A stretch of 62,370 nt of DNA, filler included. It is 4 parts of 4 records of this genome, joined end to end, with 100 filler letters (N's around TTAATTAATTAA, not from the genome) between each part and the next. Parts side by side here need not be neighbours in the genome. Positions count along the whole stretch, not along the records: positions 1 to 14,797 come from DRR723986_3014; 3 more parts are not named here. One strand, 5' to 3'. Both the position numbers and the translations under genes were made by a program. The notes beneath the pieces were generated by a model that made no database searches, was not told where the DNA came from, and saw only the letters and a list, made by a program, of their open reading frames with translations. Shown here piece after piece: positions 1 through 9,504 of this stretch. Positions within the stretch are counted from its first letter, which is position 1, and each line of letters opens with the position of its first letter.

Positions 1-1
1 T

Positions 2-259
2 TTTTACGAAGGTGAAAACACTCTGGTCATCCATCCAGACGAATGCATTGACTGCGGCGTTTGCGAACCAGAATGCCCAGCTGACGCCATTCGCCCCGAT
101 ACCGAGGACGGCATGGAGCCCTGGGTTGAGCTGAACCAAAAATACGCCGAGCTCTGGCCCGTCATCGTTGAGAAAAAAGATCCCATGCCTGACGCCGACG
201 ACTGGAACGGCAAAGACGGAAAGCTCGAACTGTTGTCCGAAACCCCTGCCGCCGCATAA
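2..259 (+). CDS. fdxA: FdxA-type 7Fe/8Fe ferredoxin, 5'-truncated by the window edge
   Basis: Frame 2 reads [30 protein letters not shown]...LSETPAAA*, with a CxxCxxCxxxCP motif; directly upstream of fpr. Not in the ORF track. Confidence 0.92.
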   Translation, partial: FYEGENTLVIHPDECIDCGVCEPECPADAIRPDTEDGMEPWVELNQKYAELWPVIVEKKDPMPDADDWNGKDGKLELLSETPAAA

Positions 260-276
260 TCGACAAGGAGACACCA

Positions 277-1083
277 ATGTCGCTAGATAGCTCCCCCAAA
301 ACTGATTTCCCTGTCCCGGCAGGCGTGTTCGCTCAGACCGTGACATCAGTGGAACATTTCACTGATCGTCTGTTCAAGTTTCGGATCACCCGCCCGTCGA
401 CATTCCGGTTCCGCTCGGGCGAATTCGTGATGATTGGCCTCCCAAATGCGGAAAAGCCAGTTTTTCGCGCCTATTCAATTGCATCGCCCAGCTGGGACGA
501 AGAAATCGAGTTTTACTCTATCAAGGTGCCTGATGGCCCGCTGACAGAGCACCTGCAAAAAATCAAAGTCGGCGATACCGTTTTGATGCGCAAAAAGCCC
601 ACAGGAACATTGGTCAATGATGCACTACTGCCAGGAAAACGGTTGTGGATGTTCTCGACTGGCACAGGCATCGCGCCGTTCGCCTCACTGATCCGCGATC
701 CGGAAACATATGAGAAATTCGACGAGGTCATACTGACCCACACCTGCCGCGAAGTCGCCGAACTGGATTATGGCAAACAGCTTGTGAAAGCCCTGAAAGA
801 AGATCCGCTGGTTGGGGAAATGGCCCAGAACCTGCGCCACTACTGCACAACCACACGCGAGGATTACCCTTTCCAAGGGCGGATCACAGATTTGATGGCC
901 AGCGGTAAAGTCTTTGACGATCTTGGCATTCCACCCATCTCTCCCGAGGTTGACCGGGGCATGATTTGTGGATCCATGGACATGCTGCGCGACACCAAAG
1001 CCTCGCTTGAAGGGTTCGGACTGATCGAAGGCGCAAACAACAAACCTGCGACCTTTGTCGTTGAACGCGCCTTTGTTGACTAA
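277..1083 (+). CDS. fpr: Ferredoxin--NADP+ reductase (bacterial subclass I)
   Basis: RAYSIAS, GPLT, TGTGIAPF, MICGS and C-terminal VERAFVD motifs; AAGGAG RBS. Confidence 0.95.
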   Translation: MSLDSSPKTDFPVPAGVFAQTVTSVEHFTDRLFKFRITRPSTFRFRSGEFVMIGLPNAEKPVFRAYSIASPSWDEEIEFYSIKVPDGPLTEHLQKIKVGDTVLMRKKPTGTLVNDALLPGKRLWMFSTGTGIAPFASLIRDPETYEKFDEVILTHTCREVAELDYGKQLVKALKEDPLVGEMAQNLRHYCTTTREDYPFQGRITDLMASGKVFDDLGIPPISPEVDRGMICGSMDMLRDTKASLEGFGLIEGANNKPATFVVERAFVD

Positions 1084-1309
1084 ATTTCCGGGGCGGCCCA
1101 CCCGCCCCAGAGATGGCACCGGGGTCTGATCTCCTCGCTCTCACTTTCAGACCCCGGCCTGCCAAAGCATGACATACCGATCCGAAACTCCCTCAATTTT
1201 TCGGATCGTGTCAGGGGAAAGCTGATCCTCCAAAACGCTTTCCCCGCTCTCACTCCCTCTACACTCAAATGATCAACTGCCCCCCCCCGCCTCTCTAGAC
1301 GCGGAATGC

Positions 1310-1343
1310 AAAAGGGGCCGGCGCAGATATCTGCACCGACCCC
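1310..1343 (-). terminator. Intrinsic terminator of the SDR-crotonase operon
   Basis: Minus strand reads GGGGTCGGTGCAGA-TA-TCTGCGCCGGCCCC-TTTT just after the crotonase stop; a second hairpin GGGGCGG/CCGCCCC (1090-1108) follows fpr. Confidence 0.65.
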
Positions 1344-1364
1344 TTAGATGTGTTGCGGCTTGGG

Positions 1365-2135
1365 TTATTGGTTATCCCGCTTGCCCGTCTTAGCCAAAAA
1401 GGCCTCCATTCCCGCGCGTGCTTCCGGGGATGACTGCGCAATTGCTGCAGCCAGGCTTTCGGTGAATAGCCCATCACTGGCCGACATGTCGGCGATCCGG
1501 GTGATCGCCTGCATCATCATATAGTTTGAAAGCGGCGCATTCTCGGTCACACGCCGCGCAAGCTCCATCGCCTTTTCAAAAACAGTTCCATTTGGCTCTA
1601 CGTAGTGCGCCAGACCAAGGCTCAACCCGTCGTCAGCTTTATAGCGACGTCCCGTCAGCATCATTTCCATCATGCGCCCGGCACCGATGATCCGACCGAC
1701 CCGGACGGTTGCCCCACCCCCAACAAAAATAGCGCGACGCCCTTCGGGAAGTTCATAAAACGTGTCTTCCTGACTGACCCGGATATGAGCCGTCATCGCC
1801 AGCTCCATACCACCACCCAGAACGCCGCCATTCATCGCAGCCACGACAGGCACTCGCCCATATTCGATCTTATCGAAAATCCGGTGCCAAAGGCGGCATT
1901 CATGCATGGCCCCGGCTGCGTCCCGCATCGAATGCTCCAGCAGATCAAGCCCCGCGCAGAAGTGCTCGCCCGAGCTGCGCATAACAACCGCACCAATGGC
2001 GTCGGGCAGGTTGTCAAAATAATGCTCGATCTCATAGAGCAGCCCGTGATTGATGGCATTGAACTTGGCAGGACGATTCAATGTCAGAATGCCGACATTG
2101 CCGTCCGTTTCGCTCGTTATGTTGGTATATTCCAT
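1365..2135 (-). CDS. Crotonase/enoyl-CoA hydratase family protein
   Basis: LTLNRPAKFNA, HFCAGLDL, GGGMELA and LPE motifs. Confidence 0.93.
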   Translation of the reverse strand: MEYTNITSETDGNVGILTLNRPAKFNAINHGLLYEIEHYFDNLPDAIGAVVMRSSGEHFCAGLDLLEHSMRDAAGAMHECRLWHRIFDKIEYGRVPVVAAMNGGVLGGGMELAMTAHIRVSQEDTFYELPEGRRAIFVGGGATVRVGRIIGAGRMMEMMLTGRRYKADDGLSLGLAHYVEPNGTVFEKAMELARRVTENAPLSNYMMMQAITRIADMSASDGLFTESLAAAIAQSSPEARAGMEAFLAKTGKRDNQ

Positions 2136-2146
2136 CGCTATCTTCC

Positions 2147-2908
2147 TTACTTGGGCTCAAGCCGGATGGCGCCGTCCAAACGCACACACTCGCCATTCAG
2201 CATCGTGTTCTCAATCATATGCCCTGCAAGCTGGGCGAATTCTCCGGGTTTGCCAAGCCGCGGCGGGAAAGGAACTTTTGCCCCAAGGCTATCCTGGATC
2301 TCCTGCGGGAGCGTCTCCATCATCGGCGTCGAAAAGATCCCCGGCGCGATGGCCAACACCCGAATGCCAGACCGAGCCAACTCTCGCGCCGCTGGCAGGG
2401 TCAAGCTGGCGACACCTCCCTTGGATGCAGCGTAAGCGGCTTGCCCGATTTGCCCTTCAAATGCTGCAGCAGAGGATGTGTTGATGATCACACCGCGTTC
2501 ATTGTCTTCTTGGGGATCCGCTTGCGCCATCTTTTCGGCAGCCAATCTGAGGACATTGAACGTGCCAATCAGGTTCACCTGAACAGTCCGCGAGAACCCT
2601 TCGAGCGACGCGGGCCCGTTGCGACCAACGATCCGCTCCCCGTGGGTGACACCGGCGCAATTCACCACGATGCGTGGCAAACCATTTGCCTGAATTGCGA
2701 TTTCAAGCGCCTCGGCCACGCCTTCGGGGCTGGTCACATCACATGGGGCAGCAGTGGCGCCCAGCTCTTTGGCAGCGGCATCCAATTGTGCACCGGGCAG
2801 ATCAAACAAAGCCACCTTGGCCCCGCGCGAAGCCAACATTTGCGCAGTCGCAAACCCCAACCCCGAAGCCCCGCCAGTCACAATTGCTGATGCATTCTCG
2901 ATCTTCAT
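2147..2908 (-). CDS. SDR, 3-hydroxyacyl-CoA dehydrogenase type 2 (HSD17B10-like)
   Basis: [33 protein letters not shown]-type C-terminus; ATG at 2908 follows an AGGAGA RBS. Confidence 0.92.
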   Translation of the reverse strand: MKIENASAIVTGGASGLGFATAQMLASRGAKVALFDLPGAQLDAAAKELGATAAPCDVTSPEGVAEALEIAIQANGLPRIVVNCAGVTHGERIVGRNGPASLEGFSRTVQVNLIGTFNVLRLAAEKMAQADPQEDNERGVIINTSSAAAFEGQIGQAAYAASKGGVASLTLPAARELARSGIRVLAIAPGIFSTPMMETLPQEIQDSLGAKVPFPPRLGKPGEFAQLAGHMIENTMLNGECVRLDGAIRLEPK

Positions 2909-3114
2909 TCTGTTTCTCCTTGTGGTCAAACCCGTCGCTACGCAGCGGAAAAAACTTCCCCTCTTGCGCCCAGTGCTGTGCCAACTTATTCAAATTGCGA
3001 ACTAAGTGAACGCTCAATAATACATTTGCATACTAACAATCTCTTGGGTAGTCTAATTCTACCAAAACCGGTTCGAGAACGATGATTCCGAACAACGACG
3101 CCAGGGAGAAAACG

Positions 3115-4959
3115 ATGAACAAAGACGTTCACCAGATCAAAACAGGGATAGAACCCGCCGCCAAATTTGCCCCCGCCCAAGTTAGGCGTCAGGATTTGGC
3201 CGACGGTGCGTTCACCTTGGAAAGCCCCCTGCCCTTGGAATTGCCTCACACCTGCCTTTCGGACTTGCTGGATCACTGGGCGGGTGCAGCTCCCAATCGC
3301 CCATTTCTGATGCAACGCGGATCAGATGATCAATGGCAAGGCGTCACGTTTTCTGAAACGCACAAGCAGGTGCAATCTCTGGCTGCCTTCTTGCTTGCCC
3401 AAGGTCTGGGTCCCGACCGTCCGCTGTTGATCTTATCTGGAAATTCCGTCCGCCACGGTGTCTTGATGCTGGCGGCTATGCACGTCGGTATCCCCGTGGT
3501 TCCCGTTTCTGTGCCCTACTCTCTCTACGACAAAGAACTGACCAAGCTGCGCCACATCGTAGAAACGACAAAGCCCGGCATGGCCTATGCCGATGATGCT
3601 TTTGCGTTTGATCATGCGTTTACCTACCTGGCCGGCGAAGACATCACGTTGCTTTCCGACAACGGCGCGTTAAGTTATGATGCCGCCCTGAAAACCGAAC
3701 CGACTGAAACGGTAAACCAAGCACGTCAAACTGTTGGTCATGACACCGTTGGCAAAATCCTGTTCACCTCGGGGTCAACCGGTCTGCCCAAGGGCGTGAT
3801 TGTGACACAGCGCATGATGCTGGCCAATCAGCAAGCTTTGGTTCAGATCTGGCCGTTTCTAGAAACAGAACCACCTGTGGTCGTTGACTGGCTGCCGTGG
3901 AACCACACCTTTGGTGGCAACTTTAACTTCAACCAAATCCTTTGGAACGGTGGATCGTTCTATATCGACGACGGCAAACCCGTGCCCGGTGAGATTGAAA
4001 AAACGCTGCGCAATATCCGCGAGATCTCTCCCACTTTGTTTTTCAACGTTCCGCGCGGCTTTGACATGATGCTGCCCATCCTGCGGGATGACGATGAACT
4101 GCGTCGTGCCTTTTTTGCCCGACTTCAACTGATCTTTTTCTCAGGTGCCGGATTGCCCGATCACCTGTGGGAGGGGCTCGAAGAATTAGGCGTAAAAGAG
4201 CGGGGCGAAAAAATCCCGTTTGTTTCGGCCTGGGGCGCGACCGAGGCGATGATGATCACCTGCGTGCACTTCCCAATTGTCAGCGCGGACGTTGTCGGCC
4301 TGCCAACACCCGGCAATGAGGTCAAATTTGTTCCCAACGGTGGCAAATTGGAAATGCGTGTGCGCGGCCCACACGTGACCCCTGGCTACCTAAACAACCC
4401 AGCGAAAACCGCCGAGGCATTTGACGACGAAGGCTACTACCTGATTGGCGATGCCGGGCGCCTTCAGAACCCTGACGATCCTGCACAGGGCATTGTTTTT
4501 GACGGGCGTACGTCTGAGAATTTCAAGCTGATGACAGGAACTTGGGTCGCCGTGGGAAATCTGCGGTTGGCTTTGTTAGAGGCCCTGAAACCCTTGGTGT
4601 CAGACGCGGTGATCACCGGCCACAACAAGAGCGAAATCGGCGCACTTTTGTTCCTGAACGAAGACGAATGCAAAAACCGCGCAGGCCGTGTTGATACGCT
4701 TGCAGGCTACGAAGCAGATCCAGCCGTGCGGGCCTATGTTGCCGACCAACTCGCTGTTTACAACGAAAGCCAGACTGGCAGCGCAACGCGAGTCAAACGC
4801 GTCCTACTGCAAGGGGATACCCCTTCCGTTGAGAAAAACGAGATCACCGACAAAGGGTACATAAATCAGAGGCTTGCCCTGGAACTTCGGGCAGACAGCA
4901 TTGCCGATCTCTATGAGGGGTCAGCTGCCGTAATTCTTCCTGGGAAGGTTCACGCATGA
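3115..4959 (+). CDS. fcs: Feruloyl-CoA synthetase-like acyl-CoA ligase (ANL superfamily)
   Basis: FTSGSTGLPKG AMP-binding motif, DWLPWNHTFGGN, ENFKLMTGTWV and EITDKGYINQR, all typical of the Fcs clade. Actual substrate unknown. Confidence 0.85.
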   Translation: MNKDVHQIKTGIEPAAKFAPAQVRRQDLADGAFTLESPLPLELPHTCLSDLLDHWAGAAPNRPFLMQRGSDDQWQGVTFSETHKQVQSLAAFLLAQGLGPDRPLLILSGNSVRHGVLMLAAMHVGIPVVPVSVPYSLYDKELTKLRHIVETTKPGMAYADDAFAFDHAFTYLAGEDITLLSDNGALSYDAALKTEPTETVNQARQTVGHDTVGKILFTSGSTGLPKGVIVTQRMMLANQQALVQIWPFLETEPPVVVDWLPWNHTFGGNFNFNQILWNGGSFYIDDGKPVPGEIEKTLRNIREISPTLFFNVPRGFDMMLPILRDDDELRRAFFARLQLIFFSGAGLPDHLWEGLEELGVKERGEKIPFVSAWGATEAMMITCVHFPIVSADVVGLPTPGNEVKFVPNGGKLEMRVRGPHVTPGYLNNPAKTAEAFDDEGYYLIGDAGRLQNPDDPAQGIVFDGRTSENFKLMTGTWVAVGNLRLALLEALKPLVSDAVITGHNKSEIGALLFLNEDECKNRAGRVDTLAGYEADPAVRAYVADQLAVYNESQTGSATRVKRVLLQGDTPSVEKNEITDKGYINQRLALELRADSIADLYEGSAAVILPGKVHA

Positions 4960-6584
4960 TCGACTATACCGCCTCAGAAGCAGAAATCGCATTTGTTCTG
5001 AAACACATCGGGCGCCCGGATCGCCTGCCCGATTGGAGCGACGATTTGGCGGATGACTTGATCCCTGCCTTGGGAAAATTTATCAATGCCGAAATCTCGC
5101 CTCTTGATCTGATTGGGGATGAGGTCGGCGCGAAACTGGAAAACGGCCGGGTCAAAATGCCCCCCGAGATGGTCGCAGCCTATGATCGTTACCGGCAGGC
5201 AGGCTGGACCGGCCTCACCGCCCCCGAAGATTTTGGTGGACAGGAATTGCCCCACATTTTTGGTGCGGTTTTAGCTGACATGCTCGCAGGCGCGTGTATT
5301 TCCTATGAAATGGTGCTGAGCCTTGCACAGGGCTGTATCCGAACTCTCGCAGCCTGTGGCAGTGACGACCAAAAGGCCCGATACTTGCCGCAGTTGATTT
5401 CCGGGGACTGGATGGCGTCGATGTGCCTGACCGAACCCGATGCAGGTTCCGATCTTGGTCTCATCAAAACCGTCGCAACCCGTGACGAGAGTGGGTATGC
5501 CCTGAGCGGCACCAAGATTTTCATCTCTGGTGGGGATCATGATTACACTGACAATGTGTTGCATCTGGTGCTTGCACGAACCCCCGACGCCCCAGCCGGT
5601 GTGCGCGGGCTGAGCCTGTTTGCCTGCCCGGCGACTTTGCCCGATGGCACGCGCAACACAGTGCAGACAGTACGGATCGAAGAGAAAATGGGGATGCACG
5701 GCTCCCCCACCTGTCAGATGGCCTTTGATGGTGCACGGGCGGAACTGTTGGGCGCCGTTGGTCAGGGCCTCGCAGCAATGTTCACCATGATGAACGCCGA
5801 ACGGTTGGATGTGTCGTTGCAAGCGGTTGGTCAAATGGATGCGGCCTTTCAGAGGTCGCGCAGTCACGCATCTGCACGACGTCAGGGAACAACAGCCAGC
5901 GAAACAGCTATGATCACACAACATGGTGATGTTCAGCGGATGCTGCTCGACATCTATGCCCACACCATGGGCTGCAGGGCCATGGTCTATCGGACCTTTG
6001 TTGATATGGATCTGGGGGCTGATCAAGGGCTGCTGGATATCCTCACCCCAACCTGCAAAGCCTTTGCAACAGATGCGGTCAACACCGCCGCCAGCCAAGC
6101 CGTACAAATTCACGGTGGTTACGGGTTCTGTAAAGAATACCGGGTCGAGCAAATCATGCGCGATACCCGGATCATGGCAATTTACGAAGGCACCAATGGC
6201 GTTCTTGCCACTGGACTTGCCCGCCGTGCCATTCGCGCCAATAACGGTGCCGCCGCCGACGCCTTTGCCAAACTGGTTTCAACAGGTCCAACATCGATGG
6301 AGCTGGCCGATGCAATCGAAGATTGGCGCGCTGCCACGATAGCCATGCAAGGCGGCACAGATATTGGACCTGCCGTTTCAGACTACATGCGTTTGACCGG
6401 TTTGGTTTATTTCGGCCGGGTTTGGGCCGATCTCGAAACGGCCGCTGATCACGCCCCTGAACCCGCCCTCTTACGCGCTACCGCCTCTCATGTACGTGCG
6501 CGGGTGTTGCCTGAATCTGCCTTGTTGCGCCGGCGTGTAACGACCTCAGAGCCGACACATGCCGCAGAAATATTCGCTCTTTAA
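4956..6584 (+). CDS. Acyl-CoA dehydrogenase (long, DmdC/FadE-like)
   Basis: MCLTEPDAGSDL, GTKIFISGGDHD, EEKMGMHGSPT, QIHGGYG, IYEGTNG; ATGA overlap with fcs. Confidence 0.93.
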   Translation: MIDYTASEAEIAFVLKHIGRPDRLPDWSDDLADDLIPALGKFINAEISPLDLIGDEVGAKLENGRVKMPPEMVAAYDRYRQAGWTGLTAPEDFGGQELPHIFGAVLADMLAGACISYEMVLSLAQGCIRTLAACGSDDQKARYLPQLISGDWMASMCLTEPDAGSDLGLIKTVATRDESGYALSGTKIFISGGDHDYTDNVLHLVLARTPDAPAGVRGLSLFACPATLPDGTRNTVQTVRIEEKMGMHGSPTCQMAFDGARAELLGAVGQGLAAMFTMMNAERLDVSLQAVGQMDAAFQRSRSHASARRQGTTASETAMITQHGDVQRMLLDIYAHTMGCRAMVYRTFVDMDLGADQGLLDILTPTCKAFATDAVNTAASQAVQIHGGYGFCKEYRVEQIMRDTRIMAIYEGTNGVLATGLARRAIRANNGAAADAFAKLVSTGPTSMELADAIEDWRAATIAMQGGTDIGPAVSDYMRLTGLVYFGRVWADLETAADHAPEPALLRATASHVRARVLPESALLRRRVTTSEPTHAAEIFAL

Positions 6585-6601
6585 TCAGAAAGGAAAATGT
6601 C

Positions 6602-7012
6602 ATGACTGACTTTGCCCTCCCCGAAGCAAGCCCACAGGCCGACTCGACGTTTCGCGCCGGTCTGGCAGATGGGAAATTTTTAATTCAGCGCTCTGCCAGC
6701 ACAGGCGCGTATGTCTTTTACCCCCGTGCAATCGCCCCAACAACAGGGGCCGATGATCTGCAATGGGTCGAAGCCTCGGGTGCCGGAACCGTCTATGCTA
6801 GCACCATCATTCGCCGTCCTGCCAAATATGGTGGCGACTACAACAACGTGTTGATCGACCTCGCAGAAGGTCCTCGTATTTTCAGCCGTATTCTGGACGT
6901 GGACAATGACACCATCCAGATCGGCATGCAGGTACAGGCCGTTGTCACAGTTCCCGATTTCGGCCCCAACGCCAAATCTGGTGAACCCGCTGTATTCTTC
7001 AAACCTGCGTAA
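6602..7012 (+). CDS. DUF35/ChsH2-like OB-fold protein (Zn-ribbon cysteines absent)
   Basis: FYPR..., WVEASGAGTVYA, LIDLAEGPRI, IGMQVQA, PAVFFKP pattern; sits directly before a thiolase-fold gene. Confidence 0.85.
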   Translation: MTDFALPEASPQADSTFRAGLADGKFLIQRSASTGAYVFYPRAIAPTTGADDLQWVEASGAGTVYASTIIRRPAKYGGDYNNVLIDLAEGPRIFSRILDVDNDTIQIGMQVQAVVTVPDFGPNAKSGEPAVFFKPA

Positions 7013-7023
7013 GGACCCTTCAC

Positions 7024-8172
7024 ATGTCACATTCATTGCGCGGCAAATCCGCAATTGTTGGCACCGGCTATTACGGTCTCGGCAAATCCCCTAACACCTC
7101 TCCACTGGAGCTCTTGGCCAAAGCGACACAAAACGCTCTGACCGATGCAGGCATGAACCTGTCAGAAATCGACGGGATCTGCGGCGGTACATTCTACCAC
7201 TTCTTTCCGACCCTTTCGATCGCCGAGTATCTGGGCATCAAACCCACTTGGGCAAATTCGGATATGGTGGGCGGCTCTTCGTTCATGTCCTATCTGCTCG
7301 AAGCCACCATGGCCATTCAGTCCGGCCTCTGTAAAAACGTTCTGATCTGCTATGGGTCAAATGCGAAATCATCGCGCAATTTGAACGGCATCATCGAAAC
7401 GCCACAGTGGGAACGCGCCTACGAGCCAATGGTGCCCGTCCCCGGGTATGCCTTTACCGCACAACGCTATATGCACGAATTCAACGTACCCAAAGAACAC
7501 TTGGGTCACGTCGCTATTTCTGCACGCAAGTGGGCCCAACTCAATCCTGACGCTACAATGCGTTCTGACCTGACGATGGAAGAATATCTTGCATCCCCAA
7601 GCGTGGCTGATCCCCTCACCGTATTGGATTGCTGCCTGATGTCAGACGGTGGCGCAGCTATCATCGTAACTTCTGCGGAACGCGCCAAAGAGTATCAGGA
7701 AAAACCCGCCTATTTCCTGGGCGGCGGCAATGCGATTTCACACCGCGAAATCAGCCAGACGGGCTCTTTGACCACGACTTGCGCCACTGAAAGCTCAAAG
7801 CGAGCGTTTGAAATGGCTGGTGTGACCACCAAAGACGTCGACGTTGTCGAGCTCTATGACGCGTTTACGATCAATACCCTCCTGTTCCTAGAAGACATGG
7901 GTTTTGTGAAAAAGGGCGAAGCTGGCGCTTTCGTCGCGGACGGTAATATCGCACCAGGTGGGTCTTTGCCCGTGAACACCAATGGCGGCGGTCTAAGCTG
8001 TGTGCACCCTGGTATGTACGGTCTGTTTTGCTTAATCGAAGCTGCCACACAATTGCGCGGCACCGGAGGTGAGCGTCAAATCAAAGACGCCAACATTGCC
8101 ATTGCGCACGGAAACGGCGGCACCTTCTCGAATGAGTTCACCACCGTTCTAGGGAGCGAAACTGCTCTGTAA
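7024..8172 (+). CDS. SCP2/Ltp2-type thiolase-superfamily protein
   Basis: DCCLMSDGGAA, ELYDAFT, LPVNTNGGGLS, QLRG; GGSS where classical thiolases have the acyl-enzyme Cys. Confidence 0.88.
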   Translation: MSHSLRGKSAIVGTGYYGLGKSPNTSPLELLAKATQNALTDAGMNLSEIDGICGGTFYHFFPTLSIAEYLGIKPTWANSDMVGGSSFMSYLLEATMAIQSGLCKNVLICYGSNAKSSRNLNGIIETPQWERAYEPMVPVPGYAFTAQRYMHEFNVPKEHLGHVAISARKWAQLNPDATMRSDLTMEEYLASPSVADPLTVLDCCLMSDGGAAIIVTSAERAKEYQEKPAYFLGGGNAISHREISQTGSLTTTCATESSKRAFEMAGVTTKDVDVVELYDAFTINTLLFLEDMGFVKKGEAGAFVADGNIAPGGSLPVNTNGGGLSCVHPGMYGLFCLIEAATQLRGTGGERQIKDANIAIAHGNGGTFSNEFTTVLGSETAL

Positions 8173-8430
8173 ACCATAAATCGTCTGGACCGCAGACAGC
8201 CGCCTTCTAAGCGCCATAGCGGTCCATTCGTCTCCCTATTCGACAGATATCTAGGGGCCCAGGTCCTGGCCTCAGCTTTAGAGCTGAGTTCGCCAAACTC
8301 CAATACGCCTTGCTTGCAGCCTCCCCTTGGGTTCCTACGATTGGAACCTCTCAACACCTAGACACAGGACCCATTGATTTTGGTTCCGCCATCGCTGTTG
8401 CAGCCCTCGTTATGTACTGGTCAAGCCTGC

Positions 8431-8681
8431 TGACCTGCCCCACGATGCTCCCTCATTCATAACGAGAGTTTGCAGGTTTGGATTTGATATTCCTCGGTTT
8501 CGTTTGGGCAACCGCGTCGTGCGCAGAGCTCTCAAATTGCTCGAGCACCTCCCGGCTTCCTGTTCTTTGACCATTCCAATGATCCGCGCTTCTGTGACGC
8601 GGCTCTTTCGCATTCGTTTGCTCCTTCAAAAGGTTGAGCAAACCCTACTTCAGAACACGGGAGATTTCGGGGCGCAGGTCA
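8431..8681 (-). mobile_element. Internally deleted IS3-family element (251 bp) with both terminal inverted repeats
   Basis: TGACCTGCCCC at 8431 and GGGGCGCAGGTCA ending at 8681 (TG...CA ends); the minus strand encodes the OrfA start MRKSRVTEARIIGMVKEQEAG and then breaks off. Confidence 0.85.
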
Positions 8682-8695
8682 CCCCTAAGCCAAGG

Positions 8696-8919
8696 AGAGC
8701 CATGACCGATAAGGTGGTTCTTTCGCCCAGTGAAGCGGGAGAGGAGTGGGCGGTCAACGTTATCAGGGATTTGGCAGGTATCCCGTCGGTTGCGACTTCG
8801 TCGGATAGCACCCAAGTTTCAGCGAAGCTTTCTAAATTTCAACATGTGCGCCGATGTGATAGAGTATAAATGCAAAAAGCCGCCTAATGGCGGCTTGTTT
8901 ATTGGTTGCGGGAGCTCGC
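8696..8919 (+). pseudogene. C-terminal relic of a large serine recombinase
   Basis: RAMTDKVVLSP...WAVNVIRDLAGI resembles the 'R.LIDKIVLTP...L.GDLAGIL' tail of alphaproteobacterial serine recombinases and is followed by an LVAGAR end in another frame; no 5' part present. Confidence 0.55.
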
Positions 8920-9003
8920 TTTAGTCGCGGCTTGTCGGACAAAATTTCCGATAAAAACTTGCCTCTTACACCTGCGCAAGCTGCGCTGGTTGCGGGGGCA
9001 CGC
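8903..9003 (+). repeat. Two direct copies of an att-like core TGGTTGCGGGRGCWCGC
   Basis: TGGTTGCGGGAGCTCGC (8903-8919) and TGGTTGCGGGGGCACGC (8987-9003), preceded by hairpin AAGCCGCC-TAAT-GGCGGCTT (8877-8896). Confidence 0.7.
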
Positions 9004-9114
9004 CGCAAGCGCTCCTTGTTGCATGCAGCGTGGGATATCACGGCTGTGAAACGACCAAAGACAGAGATCGACTATGATGCTCTGCTGGGATTTCCATCGC
9101 CGTCGCTCCACTGA

Positions 9115-9504
9115 TTGGCGGCAATGGATCAACAGGCACATCACCCAAAGAGACGACAACCACCCTTCTCAATCCGGTTCACGATTGATGAACGCGCGTC
9201 GCTCGATCACCGCGCAGGTGGGATGCCGATGGCGTCCTACATCAAGTCTGTTTTGTTTGCGGAAGACGCCCCACGATACCGTGCGCGGCGTAAACCACCG
9301 GTTCAAGACCAGCAAGCCTTGGCAGAGCTGTTGGCCCAACTTGGCGCAAGCCGTTTGCCAAGTAATCTCAATCAGATCGCCAAGCATCTGAACCAAGGCA
9401 CCCTGCCCTTCGATGAAGATTTGAACGCGGAGTTGAAACAGGCCTGCATTGATGTGGCTTACATGCGCACGGAACTGCTGAAGGCGTTAGGAGGACAGCA
9501 ATGA
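9115..9504 (+). CDS. mobC: MobC relaxosome accessory protein (RHH)
   Basis: FSIRFTIDERA ribbon-helix-helix start and SNLNQIAKHLN MobC signature; ATGA-coupled to the relaxase. Confidence 0.88.
   Translation: MAAMDQQAHHPKRRQPPFSIRFTIDERASLDHRAGGMPMASYIKSVLFAEDAPRYRARRKPPVQDQQALAELLAQLGASRLPSNLNQIAKHLNQGTLPFDEDLNAELKQACIDVAYMRTELLKALGGQQ

Noticed and set aside
8903..8930. tRNA-Met gene on the minus strand
   Set aside because: Only ~10-13 nt match the acceptor end; there is no T-loop or cloverleaf.
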